Assembly (NCBI GenBank): GCA_025965295.1
Contig: JAOPXF010000384.1
Location: 1 to 37,165, forward strand
DNA from: Nocardioides sp.
Lineage (GTDB): Bacteria > Actinomycetota > Actinomycetes > Propionibacteriales > Nocardioidaceae
Direction of reading: 5' to 3'
Length of the DNA stretch: 37,165 nt
The position numbers were made by a program, and so were the translations under genes. Under the pieces are notes generated by a model. It made no database searches. It had not been told where the DNA came from and was given only the letters and a program-made list of their open reading frames with translations. This document shows, in pieces, positions 26,702 through 35,749 of the stretch. The first letter of the stretch is position 1. Every line of letters begins with the position of its first letter.

Positions 26702-27100
26702 GTGAAGATCTACGTGGCCGGACCCCTCGCCGACATTGAGAAGGTGCGAGCGGTCCAGGTCGCAGTGGTGGCGGCAGGGCACGAACTCACGCTGGACTGG
26801 ACCCGAGGCTCCGATGTCACCGTCATGGTCGATCACGCAGCAGCCCCCGCCCTCTCGGCCAAGATCGCCACGGATGATCTGGACGCCGTGCTTGATGCCG
26901 ACGCAGTGCTGGTCGTGATGTCGGAGCACGACGGGCGAGGGATGTTCGTGGAGCTCGGGGCTGCTTTGGCGCGCGCCCGCCGAGGCGAACTCGAGCATCT
27001 AGTGGTCCTCGGGCGGATTCAGCACGAGAGCGTCTTCTACTTCCATCCCGATGTTCAGCGCATGTCTGCGGTGGAGGAGTGGTTGATCAGCGTCGCCTGA
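26702..27100 (+). CDS. Nucleoside 2-deoxyribosyltransferase-like protein
   Basis: KIYVAGP start, DLDAVLDADAVLV, GRGMFVELGAA with the putative catalytic Glu. Confidence 0.7.
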   Translation: MKIYVAGPLADIEKVRAVQVAVVAAGHELTLDWTRGSDVTVMVDHAAAPALSAKIATDDLDAVLDADAVLVVMSEHDGRGMFVELGAALARARRGELEHLVVLGRIQHESVFYFHPDVQRMSAVEEWLISVA

Positions 27101-27151
27101 CTTGGCGCCAGGCCGCTCGTCGACAGTTCGCGCACGATCCACGGACGCGAC

Positions 27152-28363
27152 TCAGAAACCGATCGGCAGCCCGGCGTAGTTCTCGGCCAGCCCGGTGGCG
27201 CCGGCCTCGCTCGAGGTGACCCAGCGGAGCTGGGAGAGCTGGAGCTGCTGGTCGAACTCGTCGCTGCTCGTGTGCAGCATCGTGGTCATCCACCACGAGA
27301 AGTGCGTGCACCGCCAGACGCGGCGCAGCGCGGTCTCGGAGTAGGCGTCGGCCAGCCGGCCGTCGCCCTTGCGGAGCAGGTCGATGAGGGCCGGGGCGAG
27401 CAGGCCGACGTCGGCGGCCGCGAGGTTCAGCCCCTTGGCGCCGGTCGGCGGCACGATGTGTGCCGCGTCGCCGGCGAGGAAGAGCCGGCCGTGGCGCATG
27501 GGTGTCGAGACGTGGGAGCGCATCGGCAGCACGCTCTTCTCGGTGATCGGGCCCGGCGTCAACTGCCAGCCGTCCTGGCCGTGTCCGAGGCGGGTCGCGA
27601 GGGACTCCCAGATCCGGTCGTCGGACCAGGTCTGCGCGTCGGTGCCGTTCGGCACCTGGAGATAGAGCCGGCTCACGGTCGGCGACCGCATCGAGTGCAA
27701 CGCGAAGCCGTCGGGATGCCAGGCATAGATCAGCTCGTCGGTCGAGGGCGCGACATCCGCGAGGATCCCCAGCCAGGAGTAGGGATACGTCTTCTCCCAG
27801 CTCTGTCGTACGCCGGCCGGCACGGAGGCCCGGCTGGGTCCGAACGAGCCGTCGCAGCCCACGACGACGTCGGCGGTGAGCCGCCGGGCCGCTGCCGAGG
27901 AGTCGGTGAACGTCACCGAGGGGTGGTCGGTCTCCAGGTCGTGCAGCGCGGTGTCGGAGACCTCGTAGTGGACCTCCTGGCCGGCGGCGCGGCGGGCCGC
28001 GACCAGGTCCTTCTGCACCTCGGTCTGCCCGTAGACGAAAACCGAGCGGCCCGTGAGCTCGACGAAGTCGAGGTGGTGCCGCTCCTCCGGCCAGTGGAGG
28101 TAGATGCCCCGGTGCTCGTGGGCCTCCCGGTCCAGGCGGTCCCCGAGGCCCGCCGAGTGGAGCAGGTCGACCGTCGACTGCTCGAGGATGCCCGCGCGGA
28201 TCCGGCCGGCGACGTACTCCTCCGAGCGGGTCTCGACCACGACGGACTCCACGCCCCCGGCCGCGAGCAGGTGGGAGAGGAGCATGCCGGCGGGGCCGGC
28301 CCCGATGATGGCGACCTGGGTGCGCAGGTCGGAGGTCCCGCTGCCGGCCGGCGTCGTGGTCAT
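27152..28363 (-). CDS. pobA: 4-hydroxybenzoate 3-monooxygenase
   Basis: TQVAIIGAGPAG, RIRAGILE, VYGQTE, GCDG, ELIY, SMRS, GDAAHIVPPTGAKGLN, ENYAGLP; real start ATG 28363. Confidence 0.95.
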   Translation of the reverse strand: MTTTPAGSGTSDLRTQVAIIGAGPAGMLLSHLLAAGGVESVVVETRSEEYVAGRIRAGILEQSTVDLLHSAGLGDRLDREAHEHRGIYLHWPEERHHLDFVELTGRSVFVYGQTEVQKDLVAARRAAGQEVHYEVSDTALHDLETDHPSVTFTDSSAAARRLTADVVVGCDGSFGPSRASVPAGVRQSWEKTYPYSWLGILADVAPSTDELIYAWHPDGFALHSMRSPTVSRLYLQVPNGTDAQTWSDDRIWESLATRLGHGQDGWQLTPGPITEKSVLPMRSHVSTPMRHGRLFLAGDAAHIVPPTGAKGLNLAAADVGLLAPALIDLLRKGDGRLADAYSETALRRVWRCTHFSWWMTTMLHTSSDEFDQQLQLSQLRWVTSSEAGATGLAENYAGLPIGF

Positions 28364-28407
28364 GGACGAAGTGAACCCGTCGGGGCGCACCCCGGGCCAT
28401 GGCCCCC

Positions 28408-28422
28408 TTCCACTGGGTGGAA
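28408..28422. promoter_or_regulatory. IclR-type operator between pobA and the aldehyde dehydrogenase
   Basis: Perfect arms TTCCAC-TGG-GTGGAA; second copy at 30683. Confidence 0.8.
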
Positions 28423-28465
28423 TGCCTGCTGGGCCCGTGTCGCCGCCGTGCGGTATCACTGGTGC

Positions 28466-29923
28466 ATGACTCTCCTCGATGACCCGCAGTGGCACGGCAG
28501 GCTCCTGATCGACGGCTGGCGCGCGGGGCGCGGCGGCGCGTCCGACGCGGTCGAGCCCGCGACCGGTGAGGTGCTCGGTTCGTACGGCGTGGCCTCGGTC
28601 GAGGACGTGACCGAGGCGGCGCAGGTGGCCGCCCGCGCCCAGGCGGACTGGGCGGCGACGCCACCCGAGCAGCGGGCGGCGGTGCTGCGCCGGGCCGGGC
28701 AGCTCTTCGAGGAGCACGCCGCCGAGATCGAGGACTGGATCGTGCGCGAGTCCGGCGGCATCCCGCCCAAGGCCCAGCTCGAGACCCACGTCGCCGCGCA
28801 GGAGTGCTTCGAGGCCGCGGCCCTGCCGTCGCACCCGGCCGGCGACGTCCTGACCACCAACGACGACCGCTGGTCGTTCGCCCGCCGCCGCCCGGTCGGC
28901 GTCGTCACCGTCATCGCCCCCTTCAACTTCCCGCTGATCCTCTCGATCCGCTCGGTGGCGCCCGCGCTGGCGCTCGGCAACTCCGTGCTGCTCAAGCCCG
29001 ACCCGCGCACCGCGGTCTGTGGTGGAGTCGTCCTCGCTCGGGTCTTCGAGGAGGCCGGGCTGCCGGCCGGCGTCCTGTCGCTGCTCCCGGGCGGCGCCGA
29101 GATCGGCGCGGCCGTGGTCGAGGCGCCGGAGGTGCGCGTCGTCGCGTTCACCGGCTCGACCGCCGCGGGCCGCAAGGTCGGCGAGGCGTGCGCGCGCCAC
29201 CTCAAGCGCGCCCACCTCGAGCTCGGCGGCAACAACGCGCTGATCGTGCTGCCCGGCGCCGACCTGGCCCTCGCCGCCTCGGCGGGTGCCTTCGGCAGCT
29301 TCATGCACCAGGGCCAGATCTGCATGACCTCCGGGCGGCACCTGGTCCACGAGTCGCTGCACGACGAGTACGTCGCGGCGCTCGCCGCCAAGGCCACCCA
29401 CCTGCCCGTCGGCGACCCCAAGAGCGGTACCGTCGCGCTCGGGCCGATCATCGACGCCAAGCAGCTCAAGCGGATCGACGGCATCGTGAGCGACGCGGTC
29501 GCACAGGGGGCGTCCGTGGTCGCGGGCGGCTCCGTGGACGGGCCCTACTACCAGCCGACCGTGCTCACCGGCCTCACGCCCGACAACCCGGCCTGGAGCG
29601 ACGAGATCTTCGGGCCGGTCGCCCCGGTGATGAGCTTCTCGACCATCGACGAGGCGGTCGAGCTCGCCAACGCCAACGAATACGGCCTCTCCGTGGGCAT
29701 CCTCGGCGACGTCGGCCAGGCGATGCGGATCGCGGACCGGCTGGTGTCCGGCAAGGTCCACATCAACGAGCAGACCGTGATGGACGAGGCGAACGCGCCG
29801 TTCGGCGGGATGAAGAGCTCGGGCAACGGGTCGCGGATCGGCGGCGCGCAGGCCAACATCGAGTCGTTCACCGAGATCCAGTGGCTGACGATGCGGCCGG
29901 AGATCGCGCCCTACCCGTTCTGA
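28466..29923 (+). CDS. Aromatic (benzaldehyde/vanillin-type) aldehyde dehydrogenase
   Basis: IAPFNFP, FTGST, LELGGNNA, HQGQICM, EIFGPV, PFGGMK; real start ATG 28466. Confidence 0.9.
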   Translation: MTLLDDPQWHGRLLIDGWRAGRGGASDAVEPATGEVLGSYGVASVEDVTEAAQVAARAQADWAATPPEQRAAVLRRAGQLFEEHAAEIEDWIVRESGGIPPKAQLETHVAAQECFEAAALPSHPAGDVLTTNDDRWSFARRRPVGVVTVIAPFNFPLILSIRSVAPALALGNSVLLKPDPRTAVCGGVVLARVFEEAGLPAGVLSLLPGGAEIGAAVVEAPEVRVVAFTGSTAAGRKVGEACARHLKRAHLELGGNNALIVLPGADLALAASAGAFGSFMHQGQICMTSGRHLVHESLHDEYVAALAAKATHLPVGDPKSGTVALGPIIDAKQLKRIDGIVSDAVAQGASVVAGGSVDGPYYQPTVLTGLTPDNPAWSDEIFGPVAPVMSFSTIDEAVELANANEYGLSVGILGDVGQAMRIADRLVSGKVHINEQTVMDEANAPFGGMKSSGNGSRIGGAQANIESFTEIQWLTMRPEIAPYPF

Positions 29924-30672
29924 CCCTGGCTGATCAGCCGGCCGACGCCGCGGGCCGCGACCTGCAGAGCGGCCACCAGGCGCGGGCGGTCCTTCTTGAA
30001 GCTGGGCACCACCAGGCCGAGCGCCGCGACGACGTCGTCGCCGCGGTGGATCGGGACGGCCACCGAGCAGGCGCCGAGGCTCATCTCCTCGACCGTGGTG
30101 GCGTAGCCGTCGCGGACCACGCGCGCGAGCTGGCGGCGCAGCAGCCCCGGCTGGGTCACGGTGTACGGCGTGACGCGCACGAGGCTCGCCAGGGCGGCGG
30201 CCTGCACGTCGGGCGGCGCGTGCGCCAGCAGCACCTTGCCCACGCCGGTCGCGTGCAGGGGCAGCCGGGAGCCGATCGTGCTGACCACGGGCACCGAGGT
30301 GTGCCCGGCCAGCCGGTCGAGGTAGAGCACCTCGATGCCGTCGCGCACCGCGAGGTGCACGGTCGCGAGCGTCGCGCCGTAGATGTCGTGGAGGAACGGC
30401 GACGCCAGCTGTCGCAGCCCGGTCTGCACGGGGGCCAGCAGCCCGATGTCCCACAGGCGGCGGCCCACGACGTACTCGCCGGAGGGGGTGCGAGCCAGTG
30501 CGCCCCACGCGGTCAGCTCGCCGACCAGACGGTGGGTGGTCGGCACCGGCAGCCCCGCCCGCTCCGCGAGGTCGGTCAGGGTGAGCCGCCGGTGCTGCTC
30601 GTCGAACGCGCCGACGATCGCCAGCGCACGCGAGGTGACGCTGGTCCCGGGGGTCGAGGTGTTGCCGGCCAC
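29911..30672 (-). CDS. IclR-family transcriptional regulator (PobR-like role inferred)
   Basis: SVTSRALAIV..F, LTDLAERAGLPVPTTHRLV, GSRLPLHATGVGKVLLA, SVAVPI; GTG 30672. Confidence 0.93.
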   Translation of the reverse strand: MAGNTSTPGTSVTSRALAIVGAFDEQHRRLTLTDLAERAGLPVPTTHRLVGELTAWGALARTPSGEYVVGRRLWDIGLLAPVQTGLRQLASPFLHDIYGATLATVHLAVRDGIEVLYLDRLAGHTSVPVVSTIGSRLPLHATGVGKVLLAHAPPDVQAAALASLVRVTPYTVTQPGLLRRQLARVVRDGYATTVEEMSLGACSVAVPIHRGDDVVAALGLVVPSFKKDRPRLVAALQVAARGVGRLISQGQNG

Positions 30673-30682
30673 GGGGTCATTC

Positions 30683-30697
30683 TTCCACTGGACGGAA
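30683..30697. promoter_or_regulatory. Second IclR operator, at the regulator's own promoter
   Basis: TTCCACTGGACGGAA, 13/15 identical to 28408-28422; overlaps the minus-strand AAGAAT -10-like hexamer. Confidence 0.75.
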
Positions 30698-30728
30698 CCC
30701 GCGCGCGGCGGCGGCTGCCCTCGGTGGC

Positions 30729-31952
30729 CTACTCGCTGGCGGACACCCGCAGGAGCAGGACGGCGGAGAGCAGCGCGACCGCGCCGATGCCCGTGGCGAA
30801 GGCGGCGGTGGCCTGGAACTGCGACAGGTGGTCGGCGGCGAGCCCCGTGCCGAGGACCGGCAGGATCAGTCCCGAGAACGTGATCGCGAAGTACGTCGAG
30901 GTGATCCGGCCCCGGCCCTGCCCCCCGGCCCGGGCGTTCACGGTGGCCAGGCTGCCCATGAAGACCGCGCCGACGCCCACGCCCCCGACCGCTGCGCTCA
31001 GCGCGAAGAGCGGGAACGACTCGCCGTGGAGGCTCCCGGTCATGCCGGCCAGGCCGCCGACCAGCGCGGCGAGTCCGCCGAGGACGGTGCGCCGGTTCGG
31101 CAACCGGGCCCACGCGAACTGGGTGGTGCCGGAGGCGATGAAGACCGCGGCCACGGCGCCGCCGGCGAGCGCGGCGTTGTCGTGGCCCAGCTGCTCGCGC
31201 ACGATGGCGGGCGCGAGCGCGGCGAGCAGCCCGCAGAGAGCGAAGGCCGAGAACGAGGCCAGGCTCGCCGCGAGGAACTCGGCGCGGTCGCGGGCGGGGA
31301 ACCGGAGGGACGGCACGCGCAACGAGAGGCGACCGGTCGTCGGCAACGTCTCGGGGACCAGGCGCAGGCACAGGGCGGCGACCCCGAGCGCCATGACGTG
31401 GCCGGCATAGACCAGGCGGGTCGGGGCCCAGGCGTACTGCACGAGGAGTCCGGACAGCCCGGCGCCCAGCCCGATGCCGACCTGGTTCGTGCCGGTGGAG
31501 ACGAGCGAGGCGAGTCGGCGTCTGGCGGGTACGGCGAGCTCGACGAGCAGGGCGTTCGCCGCGTTCACGACGAAGCCGGAGGCCAGTCCGGTGAGCAGGC
31601 GGGCGGCGGCCACCAGCGCAACCGAGGTCGAGGCCAGCAGTGCCAGCCCGCTGAGCGCGCTGCACGCGAGCGCGATCGCGACCACCGCCCGCCGTCCCAC
31701 GCTGTCCGACCAGTGCCCGGCGAGCAGCACGACCACGAGGACGCCCGCGGGGTAGAGCGCGTACAGGAGGGTCACCCCCAGGTTCGTCAGCGCCCACCGC
31801 TCCTGGTACGTCACGTACAGCGGCGTCGGTAGGGTCACCCCGGCCACGACCACGGCGTAGACGACCACGACGAGGGCGCACTGGCGGACCGGATCCAGCG
31901 CCGCGGGGCGGGGGAGGGCGGACCGGCGGCCGGTGTCCAGACGGCTTCTCAC
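30729..31952 (-). CDS. MFS transporter
   Basis: LPTPLY..YQ, GHWSDSVGRR motif A, many TM segments; start approximate. Confidence 0.88.
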   Translation of the reverse strand: MRSRLDTGRRSALPRPAALDPVRQCALVVVVYAVVVAGVTLPTPLYVTYQERWALTNLGVTLLYALYPAGVLVVVLLAGHWSDSVGRRAVVAIALACSALSGLALLASTSVALVAAARLLTGLASGFVVNAANALLVELAVPARRRLASLVSTGTNQVGIGLGAGLSGLLVQYAWAPTRLVYAGHVMALGVAALCLRLVPETLPTTGRLSLRVPSLRFPARDRAEFLAASLASFSAFALCGLLAALAPAIVREQLGHDNAALAGGAVAAVFIASGTTQFAWARLPNRRTVLGGLAALVGGLAGMTGSLHGESFPLFALSAAVGGVGVGAVFMGSLATVNARAGGQGRGRITSTYFAITFSGLILPVLGTGLAADHLSQFQATAAFATGIGAVALLSAVLLLRVSASE

Positions 31953-31993
31953 GCTCGCTACCCGACCTTCTGACGCGACTTTTTGAGACCTCG

Positions 31994-32032
31994 TTGTTTC
32001 TTTGTGCGGACTCTGTTTATCATAGCGAAACA
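31994..32032 (+). promoter_or_regulatory. Promoter with overlapping palindromic operator
   Basis: TTGTTT(31994)-N18-TATCAT(32018); TGTTT-ATCATAGCG-AAACA (32014-32032) in an AT-rich island. Confidence 0.6.
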
Positions 32033-32073
32033 CGGACTGTGGCGTCCGTCTCACCCCGAAGCGAGGTTCCTGC

Positions 32074-32277
32074 ATGCCCATCCTGGAAGTCCATCTGCTC
32101 TCCGGCCGACCGGACGAGGTCAAGTCCGAGCTCGTCCGCGAGCTCACGGACGCGGTGCACCGCACCCTCGGCTCGGCGCCCGAGGCGATCCAGGTGCTGC
32201 TCACCGAGTACCAGGACGGATCCTGGAACGTTGCCGGCGAGCCCCTCACGCTGGGCAAGGCCGCTGCTCGTGACTGA
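32074..32277 (+). CDS. 4-oxalocrotonate tautomerase family protein
   Basis: Pro1 after Met, GR at 10-11, K..LV..LT.AV, 67 aa. Confidence 0.9.
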   Translation: MPILEVHLLSGRPDEVKSELVRELTDAVHRTLGSAPEAIQVLLTEYQDGSWNVAGEPLTLGKAAARD

Positions 32278-33085
32278 CCTCGAATCGCTGCTGACCGCCG
32301 TCGCCGGAGGCACCGCGTACGAGCTGGAGCACCCCCGCTACATCGGCGCCCCGATCTTCCCCGCGCACTGGCCGGGCTTCGTCTACACGTTGCACCGCCG
32401 TCATGAGCGCATGGGCGATGCGGTGCGGACCAGCGCCTCGGGCACCATCACCATGCAGGAGCACTCCGGCACCCACATCGACGCGCTCTGCCACCAGGCC
32501 GTGGAGCTGGAGATGTTCGGTGGCGTGCAGGTGAGTCCGGACGTGCAGACCGACCGCGGCTTCACCGAGCTCGGCGTCGAGACGATCGCCCCGATCATGG
32601 GCCGCGGCGTGCTCCTGGACGTGGCCGCCACCAAGGGCGTGGACGCCCTCGAGCAGGGTTACCTGATCACCGAGGCAGACCTGGTGGAGACGGTCGAGGC
32701 GGGCGGGATCACCATCCGTCCCGGCGACTGCGTGCTGGTCCGGACGGGCAACGGCCGCTACTACGCGGACACGGACACGGACGCCTACCTCCGCGGTCCC
32801 GGCGTGGGCCCCGAGGCCGCGCGCTGGCTGGCGGCCAAGAAGCCGCTGCTGTGCGGCGCCGACAACGTCGCGTTCGACGTCCCCGATCACGTCGACCCGG
32901 AGCTGGGCTCGCTGCCCTGCCACGTCGTCCTCATCTACGAGGCCGGCATCTACATCCTCGAGAACCTGGACCTGGAGGGCCTGGCCGCGGCCGGTGCCAC
33001 CGAGTTCCTGTTCGTCTGCCTGCCCCTGAAGCTCGAGGGCGTGACCGGATCGCCGGTCCGGCCCGTCGCCCTCACCCTCCCCTGA
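32270..33085 (+). CDS. Cyclase-family metal-dependent hydrolase (KynB-like fold)
   Basis: HSGTHIDA, GRGVLLD, VRTG, GAD, H, ILENL, GVTGSPVRPVA. Confidence 0.9.
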   Translation: MTDLESLLTAVAGGTAYELEHPRYIGAPIFPAHWPGFVYTLHRRHERMGDAVRTSASGTITMQEHSGTHIDALCHQAVELEMFGGVQVSPDVQTDRGFTELGVETIAPIMGRGVLLDVAATKGVDALEQGYLITEADLVETVEAGGITIRPGDCVLVRTGNGRYYADTDTDAYLRGPGVGPEAARWLAAKKPLLCGADNVAFDVPDHVDPELGSLPCHVVLIYEAGIYILENLDLEGLAAAGATEFLFVCLPLKLEGVTGSPVRPVALTLP

Positions 33086-33108
33086 CCCGACCATCACCAG
33101 GAGTCATC

Positions 33109-33525
33109 GTGACATCGCTCTCCCTCGCCCAAGCCCAGACCGTGCTCGAGGCATGCGCCGCCAAGGCGCGCGAGATCTCGTCCCCCTCGTCGATCGCCGT
33201 GATCGACGACGGCCGCGAGCTGCTCGCGTTCGCTCGCATGGACGACGCCCTGCTGGCCAGCGCGGCCATCTCCCAGGCCAAGGCCTACACGTCGCGCTCC
33301 CTGAGCTGTGACACCCGCGACGTCGAGGCGCTCGCCCAGCCGGGCGCGCCGCTCTTCGGCCTGCAGACCGCGCACGCGGCCGTGGGTCGCGCGCTGGTGA
33401 CCTTCGGCGGCGGCGTGCTGCTCCAGGTCGACGGCGCGATCGTCGGCGCCGTCGGGGTGGCCGGCGGCTCCCCCGACCAGGACCACGAGATCGCGGCCGC
33501 CGGCGCCGCGGCCCTCGGGGCGTGA
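33109..33525 (+). CDS. GlcG/HbpS-family heme-binding protein
   Basis: AGGAG RBS; IAVIDDG..L.AFARMD, KAYTS, FGGG, VGAVGVAGG...QD. Confidence 0.9.
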   Translation: MTSLSLAQAQTVLEACAAKAREISSPSSIAVIDDGRELLAFARMDDALLASAAISQAKAYTSRSLSCDTRDVEALAQPGAPLFGLQTAHAAVGRALVTFGGGVLLQVDGAIVGAVGVAGGSPDQDHEIAAAGAAALGA

Positions 33526-34295
33526 CCCGGATGGTCGACCTCAGGCAGCTGGAGGGCAAGCGCGTCGTCATGACGGGCGGCGCCGCGAACATCGGACGGG
33601 CCAGCGCCCTGCTGCTGGCGCGCCACGGGGCGAAGATCGTCATCGGAGACGTGGACTCGACCGGAGCGTCGGAGACCGTGGACCTGATCACGAGCGAGGG
33701 TGGCACTGCCTCGTTCGTGCAGACCGACGTGACCGACGAGCAGGCGATCGAGAACCTCGTCACCTCCGCGGCCGACGAGCTCGGCGGCCTCGACGTCGGC
33801 TTCTTCAACGCCGGCCTGCAGCGGTCCGGGTCGGTGACCGAGTTCCCGGCCGACGAGTGGGACGCCCTGTTCAGCGTCAACCCCCGCCACTGCTTCCTCG
33901 GCGCCAAGCACCTCGTGCCGCACCTGCGGGAGTCGGGCGGCTCGATCGTCTTCACCGCGTCCCTGGCCGCGATCAAGGGCGGTCCGGGCATGACGGCCTA
34001 CTCCGCGTCCAAGGGCGCCATCGTCGGGTTCAGCAAGGCGCTCGCCGCCGAGCTCGCCCCCGACCGGATCCGGGTGAACACGATCTGCCCCGGCTGGATC
34101 GACACCCCCTTCAACCAACCGGCCATCGACTTCATGGGTGGCCGGGAGTCCCAGGAGGACGCGGTGCGGCAAGCCGTTCCGCTGGGCCGCCAGGGCACGC
34201 CGGAGGAGATCGCCGGTGGCGTCCTCTTCCTGGCCTCGGACGCGTCGTCGTACATGACGGGTCAGCTGCTGGTCATCGACGGTGGCGTCGCCTGA
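33522..34295 (+). CDS. Short-chain dehydrogenase/reductase
   Basis: TGGAANIG, NAG, S, YSASK, IRVNTICPG, TGQ..IDGG. Confidence 0.93.
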   Translation: MTRMVDLRQLEGKRVVMTGGAANIGRASALLLARHGAKIVIGDVDSTGASETVDLITSEGGTASFVQTDVTDEQAIENLVTSAADELGGLDVGFFNAGLQRSGSVTEFPADEWDALFSVNPRHCFLGAKHLVPHLRESGGSIVFTASLAAIKGGPGMTAYSASKGAIVGFSKALAAELAPDRIRVNTICPGWIDTPFNQPAIDFMGGRESQEDAVRQAVPLGRQGTPEEIAGGVLFLASDASSYMTGQLLVIDGGVA

Positions 34296-34366
34296 GCGGC
34301 GACGCCTCCTGCTTCAACCCTTTCGCAGAACGCGCAATCCCGCGCAGCCTTTGAGGAGCAAATGTC

Positions 34367-35728
34367 ATGAGTAACCGTCGCAAGTTGGCGAGCGTCCCGT
34401 CTCGCCTCAGCTTCCCGTCCGTTGACGTCTCGCGTCGCGGGTTCCTTCGAGGCAGTGCCGTGCTCGGAGGTGTCAGCCTGCTCGCAGCCTGCGGAGGGAA
34501 CGACTCGGGATCGTCGTCCTCCATCTCCACCGCCAAGGTGGACCCCGAGGTCGCTGGCGGCCTCAACGACATCTTCGGCCCCGGCGGCAAGGAGGGCGGC
34601 GCGGGCGTCACCCTCTCCGCGGGCATGCTCCTCGCCATCACCGGCCAGGGCTCGTTCTTCGGCAAGGTGATGGGCAACGGCGCCAAGCTGGCCGCCGCGC
34701 AGATCAAGGTCGCCGACGGCATCAACTACGACCTGCACATCGCCGACCACAAGAGCGGTGACGTCCCCACGGCCCTGACCGCCACCCGTCAGCTGGTCAC
34801 GCAGGACCAGATCAAGATCCTGCAGACCTCGTACGGCGCCCCGAGCGAGGCGATCGTCCCGCTCATCGGCCAGAACAAGCTGCTCTCCTTCAACGGTGGC
34901 GGCTCCAGCCCGGGCCAGGTCGGCAAGCCGTTCCTGTGGCAGACCCGGATGATCTTCGGCGACGACCCGTGCCCGGGCGGCCTCGCCTGGATCGCGCGGG
35001 AGTTCCCCGACGCCAAGAAGCTGGCGATCGTCGGCACCCAGGAGAACGGCGTCGCGGGCGCGAGCACGATCGCCCCCGAGGCGTGGAAGTCCCTGACGGG
35101 CGGCGAGGTCGTGGCCAACGAGCAGCACGACGTGGGCGCGACGGACTTCAGCTCCATCGTCGCGCGGATCAAGTCGGCGGCGCCGGACGCGATCCTCACC
35201 TTCAGCTTCGGTGACGACGCGGGCTACCTGGTCAAGCAGCTGCGCGAGGCCGACGTGGACGTCCCGGTCATGGGCATCGAGTTCACCGAGCAGGCCGCCA
35301 AGGTCGCCGGCGCGTCGTACGACACGTACAACTTCTGCACGGACTTCTACGACCCGAAGAACCCGAACCCGTGGAACAAGATCTTCGTCGACGGTCACAA
35401 CGACATGTTCGGTGAGGACCCGGAGTACTACGGCGCCAACTACTACGAAGAGGTCTTCTTCGTGTGGGAGCTCGCCCGCCGCGTCCTGGCGGATGGTGGC
35501 GACCCGACCGACACCACGGCCCTGCAGGAGGCGCTCGTCGCCAACCCGACGTTCAAGTCGCTGTACGGCGGTGACGCGTCGGCCACCGGCGAGGTCACCT
35601 TCAACCCCGACGACCACACGATCTCCAAGCCCATGGGCGTCTTCAAGGTCGTCGGCGGCCAGCCCGAGAAGGTCGCGGACATCGTGAAGCCCGAAGCCGG
35701 GGCAGACCCCGCCACGGCGCTGGTCTGA
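34367..35728 (+). CDS. Tat-exported Liv-type ABC substrate-binding lipoprotein
   Basis: GAGGAG RBS; SRRGFL twin-arginine motif, LAAC lipobox, TDFSSIVARIK..PDAI. Confidence 0.88.
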   Translation: MSNRRKLASVPSRLSFPSVDVSRRGFLRGSAVLGGVSLLAACGGNDSGSSSSISTAKVDPEVAGGLNDIFGPGGKEGGAGVTLSAGMLLAITGQGSFFGKVMGNGAKLAAAQIKVADGINYDLHIADHKSGDVPTALTATRQLVTQDQIKILQTSYGAPSEAIVPLIGQNKLLSFNGGGSSPGQVGKPFLWQTRMIFGDDPCPGGLAWIAREFPDAKKLAIVGTQENGVAGASTIAPEAWKSLTGGEVVANEQHDVGATDFSSIVARIKSAAPDAILTFSFGDDAGYLVKQLREADVDVPVMGIEFTEQAAKVAGASYDTYNFCTDFYDPKNPNPWNKIFVDGHNDMFGEDPEYYGANYYEEVFFVWELARRVLADGGDPTDTTALQEALVANPTFKSLYGGDASATGEVTFNPDDHTISKPMGVFKVVGGQPEKVADIVKPEAGADPATALV

Positions 35729-35749
35729 GCCACTGATCGACCGAGGAGC

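Noticed and set aside
26543-27151. Transposon or integrated element around the NDT-like gene
   Set aside because: No transposase or integrase, terminal repeat pair or target-site duplication found by eye
27152-30508. Apparent 1118-aa PobA, 883-aa aldehyde dehydrogenase and 656-aa IclR fusions
   Set aside because: The N-terminal extensions are antisense or off-frame read-through; the real domains start at 28363, 28466 and 30672
32270-33085. Calling the cyclase-family gene kynB
   Set aside because: No kynA or kynU nearby; the family is functionally diverse
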